64,000 nucleotides of DNA from assembly GCA_030018415.1 (NCBI GenBank), contig JASEGC010000001.1, forward strand, positions 323,067 to 387,066, given 5' to 3'. Source of the stretch: Candidatus Aenigmatarchaeota archaeon. GTDB taxonomy: Archaea; Aenigmatarchaeota; Aenigmatarchaeia; CG10238-14. Shown one piece after another: positions 51,240-61,326 of the stretch (the stretch's first letter is position 1; every line of letters begins with the position of its first letter). Made by a program: the position numbers and the translations under genes. Below the pieces are notes generated by a model, which worked only from the letters and a program-made list of their open reading frames with translations, did no database searches and was not told where the DNA came from.

Positions 51240-51748
51240 CTTTTCACTTTGATATTCGAAATTTTTTTCAAGTTTTCCACCATCTTCAAGTATAAAATTT
51301 TGCTTATTTTCTCGCATGCATAACTGTAATGCTTCGTTACCTTATCACCAGGCTTCACGTTGACAAAATCGATCTTCAACTTTATATAATCATCAAAAAA
51401 CTCTGATTTCACGGTTGCGTTGTCTTTATCTATCAACAAAACTTCACAAGGAATTATCATACATTCTTTCAAGAGTTTTTCATCGAGAATCTGGGATTTT
51501 TTCGACATAAGAATCTTATTATGTTCGAACCTCCAGTATCTTCTAACTGCTTGTATGTTTGTAATCGATTCGACGAAATTCATAGCACGCCAAAAAATAC
51601 TTTCTATTTTCTCTAGAGGTAAGTATAGTTTTTCATCTTTGGCTGATTTGTAAAGTAATTTATGTTCTTTTTGGGTAATCTCTTTCCTTGACATAAGAAC
51701 AAACGAACATGGAAATGCGTACTTTAGAAAAAAAATTTCTGGTTTCAT
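51236..51748 (-). CDS. Hypothetical protein, DUF6390-like
   Basis: KYAFPC N-terminus; HypC-like C-terminus VKPGDKVTKHYSYACE. Confidence 0.55.
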   Translation of the reverse strand: MKPEIFFLKYAFPCSFVLMSRKEITQKEHKLLYKSAKDEKLYLPLEKIESIFWRAMNFVESITNIQAVRRYWRFEHNKILMSKKSQILDEKLLKECMIIPCEVLLIDKDNATVKSEFFDDYIKLKIDFVNVKPGDKVTKHYSYACEKISKILYLKMVENLKKISNIKVKR

Positions 51749-51782
51749 GTTTAATAATTGATGAGAGAAAAATAAATCATTC

Positions 51783-52692
51783 TTAAGCTGCAGTTACGAA
51801 TTCACTTCTAATTCTCGAGACTATGAATGCTCCTACTAGTATTAGGGCTGAACCGAGTAGCTGAATGGAGGGAGCAGGTTCATCGAGCCAAACAACACCC
51901 AAGAACAAGGAAATTACTGGGGCAAGTAATAAAAGTGGAGCTGCCTTCGAAACGTTTATGTACTTAATCCCCCAGTACCAAGTCAAGACATAGCCAAACA
52001 AGATTGTTGTGGATAACAAGAGCCTGTTCACTTGATCATAGGTAAGGGTAAGAAGTTGATATATTTTCCCTAGGAAGAGAACAGCCCCGAACAGAAAAAT
52101 AGCTCCGAAGAACATCCTGGCAAAAGTTACTACAAAATTGGATTCGCCCTTAATCATCGCTCCTCTGGCTATTGTATTCTCAACCCCCCATAAAAACGTG
52201 GCTACGATAACTAATAAATCTCCTAAAGAAGGGTTTTCCCAGAATTCTGATGGCTTAATCTCAGCTGAATGGACAATTATCGCTCCTATAAACATCAAAA
52301 CAACAGCAAAAACTTGTTTTTTTGTGACCTTTTCTTTGAGAAAGAGAAAAGCTAGGATTATCGTGTAAATAGGGAGAGTTTTGTGTAAGAATGCAGCTCT
52401 TCCACTGGTTGTTAGCTTTAGACCAGTAAAATAAAGAAGGAATGCTAATCCTCCACCTATGAAGCCTATGGCTAGAAGACATTTCCAAGGAACCTTCTTG
52501 AATTTTTTGTAATTGAACTTACTTTGAATGGGAGCTAATATGAAGAAGCCGATTCCTATGAAGATCGCTCTAGTTGCTGTGAAGATGGTGGGATCAAGAC
52601 CAGTGATAAGGAACTTATTTACTGGTATCGCAAAAACCACTTATGATTGCAGTACAGATTATCAAAAAAGTCCCTAAAGTTTCTCTTCTCAT
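51783..52692 (-). pseudogene. EamA/DMT transporter with a +1 frameshift near 52635
   Basis: ATG 52692 gives MRRETLGTFLIICTAIISGF, then an extra T in the T5 run; downstream frame has LFLKEK and LGSALILVG. Confidence 0.75.
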
Positions 52693-53213
52693 CGCTTTAA
52701 ATTATGAGTTAGTTCAAATAAAATTAACTCTTCATCGTGTTATATGTTCGGGTGCGATTATACTACATTTCGCTCGTAATGTTCTTGCCTTCGACTCGCG
52801 TAATTACCGTGTTCTTAAATAAAGTATTTTATTACTAAATACAAAATTTAATTGTGAATTTGAAAGAATTTTTAGGGTTTGATTGGAAAAAAGGATTTAT
52901 TTTTTTGATACACTGGGTAATATATTTTTTCCATTTATTATCTAAGTCCTACAGTTAATTTTACTTTTAAGAATTATAACATTGTTTTATTGGTATTTCA
53001 TATCTTGTGTAAAATTTTCTCAATTTTTGTACTAATTTTAATTCCTGAACGTAGCCAACTTTTTGTCGTTGCTCTCAGCTCATGTAATTTAAATAGGTCG
53101 AACATGTTATATCTTATATAATATTGTCTATATTTTAATACTTAAGTAATTGATATATTCTCAGAAACTCGGTCATAATTTTGAGTTATATCTTTAATAT
53201 CATATTTTTAATT

Positions 53214-53840
53214 ATGCAGATAATTTGTCGTGGTGCGGAAAGCATAATACATCTGGGTCGTTATCAAGGCAAAGAAGTTATAATTAAAGAGCGAATAAAA
53301 AAGAATTACAGAATTAGTAAAATAGATGAAAAAATAAGGAAAAATCGGACGAAGAAAGAAGCTAAACTTCTGACTGAAGCCAGAAGAGTAGGGGTTCCTA
53401 CACCAAAAATACTTCTTGTAGATAATGTTGGATATAAAATAATAATGGAAAATTTGATCGATGGTAAAAGAATCAAAGAGTTCTTGAATTCATCAGATAG
53501 AAAAACAATACAAAAAACTTGTTTTGAAATTGGAAGATCTATTGGAAAACTCCATTCTATCGGCATCATTCATGGAGACCTCACAACGTCCAATATGATA
53601 CTGAGAAAAGAAAAAATCTATTTCATAGATTTTGGATTAGGATACTTCTCGAAGAAGATAGAGGATCAAGGTACAGACTTAAGGCTTTTACATGAGGCTT
53701 TGAAATCAACCCATTTCAAGATTCTTGATATTTGTTGGAAAAAAATCATGGAAGGATACAAGAAAGAGTATTCCAACGCAGATCAAATAATTAAAAAAAT
53801 CGAAGAGATTAAAAAAAGAGCTAGGTATATGGAAAGATGA
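53214..53840 (+). CDS. bud32: KEOPS kinase Bud32
   Basis: GAES, KER, RTKKEA, HGDLTTSN and IDFGL motifs. Confidence 0.93.
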   Translation: MQIICRGAESIIHLGRYQGKEVIIKERIKKNYRISKIDEKIRKNRTKKEAKLLTEARRVGVPTPKILLVDNVGYKIIMENLIDGKRIKEFLNSSDRKTIQKTCFEIGRSIGKLHSIGIIHGDLTTSNMILRKEKIYFIDFGLGYFSKKIEDQGTDLRLLHEALKSTHFKILDICWKKIMEGYKKEYSNADQIIKKIEEIKKRARYMER

Positions 53841-53900
53841 TTTAAAATATTTCAAAGGAAACCCTTAAGTATATTTATGATGAAATAAAAGGGTGTTGAT

Positions 53901-54131
53901 ATGAAGATTTTTGAGACGCTGAAGAGTAAGAATAAGTATGAAAGAGCAGAGAGTTACTGCATAGTATTTTTGTTAGCTGGATCAATCATGCTATCTGCAG
54001 GTATTGGTTTGACTGTTATAAACCCTAAAGGTATTTCCGCGATTCTTGCCATGTTGGGAAGCTTCATAGCATTTTTGTCAACTGTTGCGTTGATATTCAC
54101 TTGGCTTGCGAAAGAATTTTTCGGTGAGTGA
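53901..54131 (+). CDS. Small two-TM protein
   Basis: Hydrophobic 76-aa ORF abutting rps15. Confidence 0.65.
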   Translation: MKIFETLKSKNKYERAESYCIVFLLAGSIMLSAGIGLTVINPKGISAILAMLGSFIAFLSTVALIFTWLAKEFFGE

Positions 54132-54593
54132 ATGGCTAGGATGCATGCAAGAAAGAAAGGAAAGGCAAGATCCAAAAGACCTTCAACCAAGACAATACCA
54201 AAATGGGTCAGGTACAGGAAGGAAGAAGTTGAAAAAATAGTCATAAAATTGGCAAAGGAAGGCAATTCTACTTCTAAGATCGGTTTAATATTACGTGATC
54301 AGTTTGGTATACCATCCGTGAAACTCATAACAAGTAAGACCATTTCTCAAATACTGAAAGATGAAAAAATTTATCCAAAATATCCTGAAGACATTTTTAA
54401 TCTATTAAAAAAATCCGTCAACTTGAGAGATCATTTGGAGAAGAATAAAGCTGACTATACTTCTAAAAGGGGTCTAGAACTTCTGGAATCAAAAATCAGA
54501 AGGCTTGGAAAATACTACGTGAAGAAAAGAGTACTTCCTCCAGATTGGAAATACGACCCAGAAAAAACGAAGTTATTAGTTCAACAGAAGTGA
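54132..54593 (+). CDS. rps15: 30S ribosomal protein uS15
   Basis: MARMHARKKG, GLILRDQFGIP and ESKIRRL motifs. Confidence 0.97.
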   Translation: MARMHARKKGKARSKRPSTKTIPKWVRYRKEEVEKIVIKLAKEGNSTSKIGLILRDQFGIPSVKLITSKTISQILKDEKIYPKYPEDIFNLLKKSVNLRDHLEKNKADYTSKRGLELLESKIRRLGKYYVKKRVLPPDWKYDPEKTKLLVQQK

Positions 54594-54597
54594 TGAG

Positions 54598-55155
54598 ATG
54601 CCGAAGAAAATGGGTAGAAAGGAATGGTATAGTCTGATTGCACCGAAGATGTTCAAGGAAAAAATAATAGGCGAAACACCCGTAGGTGATGCGAAAGTCT
54701 TGATCGGAAGAAGAGCACAAGTCAATTTGGTGAACCTCATCGGTGACTTGAGTAAGTATTACATCAATTTGTATTTCAGGGTGATTGATGTCAAAGAGAA
54801 AAATGCTTACACTGAATTTTCAGGTTTGGAATGTATGAGAGATTATATCTCTAGGTTTATAAGGTACGGCATTAAAAGAATAGACACGATTCAAGATCTC
54901 ACCACCAAAGACAATAAGAAAATAAGAGTTAAAACGATAATCATAACGAGTAAGAAAATTAAGAAGAGTGTTGCGGTAAATTTGAAGAAGTTTGTTGAAG
55001 ATGGATTAAAGGAGGAAGTCACAACCGGCAGGTTGGACGAATTTGTTGAGAAAATAATAGATGATACGATAAAAAAGTCGGTAATCGAAGAGGGGAACAA
55101 GATATATCCAATCAGGGCGTTTGAAATAAGAAAAATAGAGACTTCGAGTAAATGA
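54598..55155 (+). CDS. rps3ae: 30S ribosomal protein eS1 (S3Ae)
   Basis: KEWYSLIAPKMF and KIYPIRAFEIRK motifs. Confidence 0.93.
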   Translation: MPKKMGRKEWYSLIAPKMFKEKIIGETPVGDAKVLIGRRAQVNLVNLIGDLSKYYINLYFRVIDVKEKNAYTEFSGLECMRDYISRFIRYGIKRIDTIQDLTTKDNKKIRVKTIIITSKKIKKSVAVNLKKFVEDGLKEEVTTGRLDEFVEKIIDDTIKKSVIEEGNKIYPIRAFEIRKIETSSK

Positions 55156-56340
55156 TCATCTGACCCAAGCGAGGAAGCTGGGACCAAACAAGTTGATTAA
55201 AACCAAAGATAGAGTAAGCAAAGATAAACAATTCACCAAATATTTTGCTCCCTTACCTTTATAGAAATGTTTGACGATTGCCTCTAGCATTAGGCCACCA
55301 TCTAAAGGTTTTATCGGGAATAGATTAAAAACACCAATACCAATGTTAAGGACGAATACCCATCCGAACAATCCTAAGAACCATGATATGATGTGCAGAG
55401 TACTTTCTGGAACTACACCAAGGCCCTCAAATATGCCTTTATAGACGAATAATGTGCTTGGTTTGTTGATCCCTATGAAGGGTTTTTCTGGATTCTCTGG
55501 GTTGGGAATAGTTTTTACATGGAAAATTCCTTGGGTCGTCTCTATCTTCAAAACATCACCCACTTTTACATCTTTCATGATGTTTAAAAAATCAGCTATG
55601 GATTTAACCTCTTTGTCGTTGATTTTAATTATCGTCCCCTTCAATCCAGCATCACTCGCTCCAGTATTTTCTATGGTTTTTTCGAATACAACACCTTCAG
55701 CCGAAATAAAAGAATCGATCAAAAAATTATAGCTTAATATCAATAGGAAAAAAATTCCAGCAACGATTAAATTACCAAAACTACCTGCAGCAAAAATTCT
55801 CAGTTTTTTGACCGTAGAGAGTTTTTTTACCTGTCTTTCATCAGGATCGACGAATGCTCCTGGCAATACAAATAAAAGCAATAAACCGAAGGATTTTATC
55901 TTGATTCTTTCAGCTCTTGCCACCAAAGCATGCATCGGTTCATGTGCAAACATCACTACAAAGACTGCTATAATCCAATACCAGAATGGCACGCCTAATA
56001 TGAATCCTGGCAGTTCAATTCCACTCACTGATGGAAAAACCAGTTTAATTTCTGGCATTGCTTCTTCAGGCTTAAGAAAAAGGTTGTAGGATGAACGGAT
56101 AAGGAGGAATAAACCTGAAGCCGATGCAATAATACCCACGATTATCGCGATGTTGCCGATGATTTTCAATTTTTTTCTATGTTTATCTCCAAATTTGTAT
56201 ATCGCTTTTTTTCCCATTTTCGTCCTTCTTCTGATCAAACCAAACTTGAATTCAATGTTCTTCCTGTCCCAATAGATTAAAAATGACAGTATTCCTAAGA
56301 ATATTAGGACAGATAGCACTTCTAAGTCCATCTTTTTCAC
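55156..56340 (-). CDS. Site-2 protease (M50) with PDZ domain
   Basis: HEPMH, GAFVDPD, AAGSFGN and NLFPIKPLDGG motifs. Confidence 0.92.
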   Translation of the reverse strand: MKKMDLEVLSVLIFLGILSFLIYWDRKNIEFKFGLIRRRTKMGKKAIYKFGDKHRKKLKIIGNIAIIVGIIASASGLFLLIRSSYNLFLKPEEAMPEIKLVFPSVSGIELPGFILGVPFWYWIIAVFVVMFAHEPMHALVARAERIKIKSFGLLLLFVLPGAFVDPDERQVKKLSTVKKLRIFAAGSFGNLIVAGIFFLLILSYNFLIDSFISAEGVVFEKTIENTGASDAGLKGTIIKINDKEVKSIADFLNIMKDVKVGDVLKIETTQGIFHVKTIPNPENPEKPFIGINKPSTLFVYKGIFEGLGVVPESTLHIISWFLGLFGWVFVLNIGIGVFNLFPIKPLDGGLMLEAIVKHFYKGKGAKYLVNCLSLLTLSLVLINLFGPSFLAWVR

Positions 56341-56395
56341 CGTTTTAATAATACTAATTTTATTAGAAATTAATACTATAAAAAGGAATGAGAAA

Positions 56396-57130
56396 ATGGT
56401 AGTAGAATGTGTTCGAAGATCATGGGAGACTTACAGGAAAAATACGATCAGTTTTATAATCGCTGAGTTAATATCTCTGGTAATAACTGGAATGATTGCT
56501 TTAGTTGGTGTCTGGATCGTATTCAATTCTATCGGGATATCAAGCTTGATGGATTTGTATAATCTAGAATTGTTAGTAAGAAAGATAGTATCAATTCTTC
56601 CCCTCTTAACAGAACTTGCCATTTCGCTAGTCTTTTTTTTTATCGCTGGAGTTGTAAGGGCGTTTATGAATGCAGGCTTATATGGTATGGCTGCTGAATC
56701 TTTGAGAGGGAGGATAAAAGTTGACATGATGTTTCAGTCCACAAAAAACTTTGGTTTCAAAGGGATAATTTCGTCGATGATAGTTGGTATAATAGCTTTC
56801 GTGCTGTTCATGATACTTGTTATAGGTTTGAATGTATTCTTTCCTTTAACTGGAGGAATGATTGGGTTTGTAATATTTTTTTTGATAATCCTGACCTTTT
56901 CTCTTGTATATCCGGGAATTGTTGTGGATGGATTGAGTTCAACAAAAGCTATTCAAGAAAGTTTTAGCGTTTCGAAGAAAAATTATTTTGAGATTCTTGG
57001 TTTGTTGTTGTTCTATGCGTTGATGAGTTTAGTTGCTCTGATTCCGTTGATAGGAATTTTTATTTTTTGTTTTGTTATCGCTCCGATGATGAGGATAAGT
57101 CTTGTTTTCTTCTACAAGAGAAAAAAATAA
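56396..57130 (+). CDS. Hypothetical membrane protein
   Basis: Multi-TM; ends with AIQESFSVSKKN-type motif. Confidence 0.7.
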   Translation: MVVECVRRSWETYRKNTISFIIAELISLVITGMIALVGVWIVFNSIGISSLMDLYNLELLVRKIVSILPLLTELAISLVFFFIAGVVRAFMNAGLYGMAAESLRGRIKVDMMFQSTKNFGFKGIISSMIVGIIAFVLFMILVIGLNVFFPLTGGMIGFVIFFLIILTFSLVYPGIVVDGLSSTKAIQESFSVSKKNYFEILGLLLFYALMSLVALIPLIGIFIFCFVIAPMMRISLVFFYKRKK

Positions 57131-57144
57131 GTGCACTTAAATTT

Positions 57145-57662
57145 TCATAGCAAATTTGGTATTAGGGAGCAACCCCTATAGGCGTAACTGATACTCAAGG
57201 TACAAATAGAGAAGTTAAGTGCCGATAAAAATATTGTAAAGACTAGAAACATACTAATTAACATGACTTCTTTTTTTTCTAATAGTTTGGACTTAATGAA
57301 TAAAATTATAAATAAAGGTATTTCTATCAAAGAAATTGAGAACCTGTTTAACGCGGACATCATAAATATACTTTCTTGAGAGTACTATTTCCCAAAGAAA
57401 AAAGTATTAGCAAAGAAGAACCCTGCCAAAAACCCAATAAATGTAACTACAAAAATAATTAAAGCATAAGTTTTTAGTTTGTACTTATAATCAAACATCT
57501 TAAATATACTAGCCCAGATTCCTTAATTGAAAATAAAATTCAAAATCAGAAAACCAACCATGATTGATACAGGCGCTGTGGGTCTACACTAACTAACACT
57601 GATACGAAGAATAATAAAATAACTATTATATCCAATCCTAATTTCTTCCATTCCTGTTTCAT
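57145..57662 (-). pseudogene. Degraded membrane protein gene
   Basis: Hydrophobic frames broken by stops and a frameshift. Confidence 0.4.
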
Positions 57663-57743
57663 TAATTATTAATAGAATATCGTTTATTAAAAAGTTGTTG
57701 CCTATCTCACTTTATTTGTATGAGATTCTAACTTGTAGTTCTA

Positions 57744-57829
57744 TGCAGGGGGAGAGATTTGAACTCTCGAACTCACTAAGAGACTAGGCTCTGAACCTAG
57801 CGCATTTGACCAGACTTTGCTACCCCTGC
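57744..57829 (-). tRNA. tRNA-Leu(CAG), intronless
   Basis: Acceptor GCAGGGG/CCCCTGC; anticodon arm CTAGG-TTCAGAG-CCTAG; long variable arm TCTCTTAGTGAGTT. Confidence 0.95.
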
Positions 57830-58109
57830 CTAATGAGTTAATATTTTCATCATTTTCCAATTCATTTTTAGTTAGAACTATACCTATATACCTTTACTTA
57901 AAAGATAAAGTACAACATCTGGTGGAAACAAATGTTTACAAGAAGAATATTTTCTTTTCTTTTTTGTTAAAAGTAATAAAGGAACATTGATATTATTTTT
58001 TCTAACCGTAATTTTCCGAACTTTTCCTGACTCTAATTTAAGTCAATTTCTATACTTCAAAATATAAATAATATCATTACTTTTTTTCACAAAGCGTAAA
58101 AAAGAACTA

Positions 58110-58235
58110 TGCAGGGACTGGGATTTGAACCCAGGAACTCAATTCTCCAAGATTCATTATATCTTTGTCTAAGAGACAGGATACCTTAACTCATTCTTAA
58201 GTCCTGCGCCTTTGACCAGACTTGGCAACCCCTGC
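58110..58235 (-). tRNA. tRNA-Leu(TAA) with two BHB introns
   Basis: 13-nt intron at 37/38 (58183-58195) and 27-nt intron in the variable arm (58142-58168); spliced length 86 nt, same as Leu(CAG). Confidence 0.92.
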
Positions 58236-58258
58236 TTCAATAAGATATTGTAGAATAG

Positions 58259-59041
58259 TTATTTTAATTTACTTAAATCTTTTGATAATTCTTCCAACTT
58301 TTCTTCAAGGATATCCATGGATTTCAACACGATTTCTTCTGGCTTTAACCCACAAGTTGATTCGACATTAAACAAAAACTTTGTCTCATCAGCCTCAACC
58401 TTTATCGCTCCGTTAGAAAGTTCCACACATTGAAGACACATATTACATTCTAGAGGTTTATCGACTTCCAATTTTTTATTCTGGAAAACAAACACATGCT
58501 TTGGACATCTTTTCTCATAATCACTCTTGTTTCCACCCTTTCCTATGATTATATTCGGAACATTCCTGTAACCGACAACAGCGGCCTGCCATTTCGCATG
58601 CTCTTTTCCCAGATTCAACTCTGCGAATGCTTCGAGTTCTAACTCCTGTCCTTCTGTCAATTCCACGATTGGTATGTTATCATAAACAGGTCTCACTTTT
58701 TCATCTGAAGGTACCATATCGCCAGAGTAAACCATACAAGGCCCTTTTTTCTTAAGCTTAAAACTTACTTGACAATGTACACAACCTTTCCCTCCACACT
58801 TACAATTTCCCTTTAAGTTGTAGAATTTTGCATCGAAGACTAGAGGAATCAAACCAAGTCTACTTGCTATTATCTCATCCCATAGGACAGAATCATTCTT
58901 GTGAAAATCAACCCATTCTATTGCCATTGTGGGGATTTCAGAGATCATCACTCTTCTCAGTTCACCAGCGAGTGCAGGAGTTATGTCTTCGACGACAAAT
59001 CTTATTTTTTTGTCGCCTTTTTCCAGAATTTTCACTTTCAA
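58259..59041 (-). CDS. rpoD: DNA-directed RNA polymerase subunit Rpo3/D
   Basis: LRRVMISEIPTMAI, RLGLIPL and GKEHAKW motifs; ferredoxin-like Cys cluster. Confidence 0.96.
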   Translation of the reverse strand: MKVKILEKGDKKIRFVVEDITPALAGELRRVMISEIPTMAIEWVDFHKNDSVLWDEIIASRLGLIPLVFDAKFYNLKGNCKCGGKGCVHCQVSFKLKKKGPCMVYSGDMVPSDEKVRPVYDNIPIVELTEGQELELEAFAELNLGKEHAKWQAAVVGYRNVPNIIIGKGGNKSDYEKRCPKHVFVFQNKKLEVDKPLECNMCLQCVELSNGAIKVEADETKFLFNVESTCGLKPEEIVLKSMDILEEKLEELSKDLSKLK

Positions 59042-59097
59042 TCAATCACCAGTCATCTAGATTTTCTATTGATGAAAATTTAAGTTTATAGTTTTTT

Positions 59098-59860
59098 ATG
59101 GACACCAAAAATTGAAAAACTGATTGAAAGATTCCAATATCATACTAGAAAAAAACATTACAATTTTGGAAGAGGTTCAAATTTGCCAGAGACAAGAATT
59201 TTCTCAACAAGAATAAAATGAAGCCAATTTCTAAATTAACAGAAGAAGAACTTAAGAGATGGTTCGACGTAGTTAAGGAAGTAACAAACAATTTCTCTGA
59301 TTTTGATCCAAGAATTTTAATGCAAAGTCCTCAATACATTTTAATGTTTAGCTTAGTCCTTGGTTTTGATCATAAATTTTTGCAAGGGTGTCGGACAAAA
59401 ATCCCAGAACTGTACGAGCTTGGGAGCATTTGGAGCTTCAAATGAGATGTCGGACTGCCAAAGATGTTATGAATAAAATCAGGGAATTGTTTGATAGAAT
59501 AAATCCTATAATTTCTTTTGAGACGGTTCTAAGGAATTTTAGAATATTTACTGCTTCTTCGGGCACAGGAATGTTGAAGCTGGATGAAATGGGGATTAAG
59601 GTTCTCGACTAATCATGGATTCACTATATTTGAAAAAGAAATAGTCGAACTTCTGAATGAGAATGGATGTGGGCAATTTCAAGTACACTCAATAATAGAA
59701 GGCGTGAAGAAAAGGTTTAATGTCGATTTTGTCGTTGAAAATAATTTATTTCCGAAAGTGGTTATTGAAGTTTTTACATTCAACCGAAAAAAAATTCCAT
59801 AATTGTCATAGTAGGTTATTACTATCGGCCATAGGTTTCAAATGATAACGCTAAATATAA
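59098..59860 (+). pseudogene. Frameshifted gene with a PD-(D/E)XK-like C-terminus
   Basis: Three overlapping fragments; FEKEIVELL...VDFVV...VIEV; ends approximate. Confidence 0.45.
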
Positions 59861-59880
59861 AGTATTTAACTAAAATAAGT

Positions 59881-60321
59881 CTAAACTCGCCTTCCCCTCC
59901 TCCCCCCCTTGCGTTTTGTTCCATCAGTTGGGATCGGTGTAACATCTTCTATAGTACCAATCTTTAACCCACTTCTTGCTAATGCTCTGATGGCAGGTTG
60001 TGCACCAGCTCCAGGAGCCTTCTTGTGATGTCCTCCCATTCCCCTCACTCTTATGTCAACACCGATGATACCCTTTTCTTTTGCATCTTCTGCTGCGCGT
60101 TTCGCTGCCAACATTGCTGGAAAAGGATCCCCCCCCTCCCTATCTTTATCCGTCATCATTCCACCAGAATACCTTGCGATAGTTTCGGCTCCAGTTATGT
60201 CAGTTATGTGAATGATCGTGTTGTTCACCGTAGAAAAAATATGGGCAATTCCCCAAGTACCTGTTTTATAGGCCTTTGTCTCGTATTTTCTTCTTTTGCT
60301 TATTCTTTCTTTTTCTGCCAT
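59881..60321 (-). CDS. rps11: 30S ribosomal protein uS11
   Basis: [16 protein letters not shown] and DVTPIPTDG motifs. Confidence 0.97.
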   Translation of the reverse strand: MAEKERISKRRKYETKAYKTGTWGIAHIFSTVNNTIIHITDITGAETIARYSGGMMTDKDREGGDPFPAMLAAKRAAEDAKEKGIIGVDIRVRGMGGHHKKAPGAGAQPAIRALARSGLKIGTIEDVTPIPTDGTKRKGGRRGRRV

Positions 60322-60810
60322 TCATCCACCTGTTTTCGTCGCTATTTTTAAATCTGAGCCTTTATAGAATGAAATTTTATCTTCTAACTCCCTTGTTACG
60401 ATGAAACTTGGATATATAATCTTTCTACCATCGACTGCTATGTGACCGTGAGTTATCAATTGCCTTGCATGTTTTATCGTGTTCGCTAAATTCTTCTTAG
60501 AGACGAAGGTTTGTAGTCTTCTCTCCAGTAAGTTTTCTGCAGTCAAACTCAAAACAACATCAAGGTTTGCACCATTCTCCAATAAACCCATTCTGTAAAG
60601 TTTATCTATCAATATTTTTTCTTGGTTTTTATCTCTTTTTGCCGCTAGACTTCTTGCCCTTCTCCTAAAAGATCTCAGGATTGACTCTGCTTTCCATATC
60701 TCACGTTTCTTTGTCAAACCATAAGTCTTCATCAAATCATTCTCTTTCTTTATCCTTTCACTGTCCCAAGGTGATCTTGGTTTTTGAAATTTTTTCTTTA
60801 TCTTTCTCAT
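60322..60810 (-). CDS. rps4: 30S ribosomal protein uS4
   Basis: YGLTKKREIW, LERRLQT and ARQLITHGHI motifs. Confidence 0.97.
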   Translation of the reverse strand: MRKIKKKFQKPRSPWDSERIKKENDLMKTYGLTKKREIWKAESILRSFRRRARSLAAKRDKNQEKILIDKLYRMGLLENGANLDVVLSLTAENLLERRLQTFVSKKNLANTIKHARQLITHGHIAVDGRKIIYPSFIVTRELEDKISFYKGSDLKIATKTGG

Positions 60811-61280
60811 TATTTCACCTTCTTAGCAGGCATGACTTTCTTCCTAACGACACCGACACTCCTTCCTTTCCTGAAAGAGCTTCTTGTTCTTTGTCCCCTT
60901 ACAGGCAAACCAAACATGTGTCTGATACCTTTGTACGATTTTATTTTTATCATCCTTTTTATGTCCTGTTCTTGCATGAACTTTAGGTCCGAACCCGATA
61001 CATGTCTATCATCTCCAGATTCTATATCTCTTCTCCTGTTCAACATCCATTGAGGTATGCCAAATTTTGCTGGGTTTTCTATCGTTTCTTCTATTTTCTT
61101 TATCTCAGAAGCAGTCAGTGTACCTACCTTTCTGTTGCGGTCAAAGTTATGGGTTAGACAAACAGCGTTAGCCATAGCATTTCCCACACCCTTTATTCGC
61201 AAGAGAGAGGGGAATAACTGTTTCTCACCTTTAATATCCACGCCTGCAATTCTCACAATTCCTTTAATTTCCTCTGGCAT
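60810..61280 (-). CDS. rps13: 30S ribosomal protein uS13
   Basis: IVRIAGVDI, WMLNRRRD and GLPVRGQRT motifs. Confidence 0.97.
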   Translation of the reverse strand: MPEEIKGIVRIAGVDIKGEKQLFPSLLRIKGVGNAMANAVCLTHNFDRNRKVGTLTASEIKKIEETIENPAKFGIPQWMLNRRRDIESGDDRHVSGSDLKFMQEQDIKRMIKIKSYKGIRHMFGLPVRGQRTRSSFRKGRSVGVVRKKVMPAKKVK

Positions 61281-61326
61281 ACGATCAACATTATTTTAAT
61301 GTAAAAGTTTTTAAAACTTCTTAAAA

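Noticed and set aside
49377-57390. Amber (TAG) recoding, suggested by two in-frame GK*-type TAG codons (glycosylase and the 57.4-kb ORF)
   Set aside because: TAG ends endA and rps11 at their expected C-termini, so it is a real stop; the 57-kb gene has other lesions too
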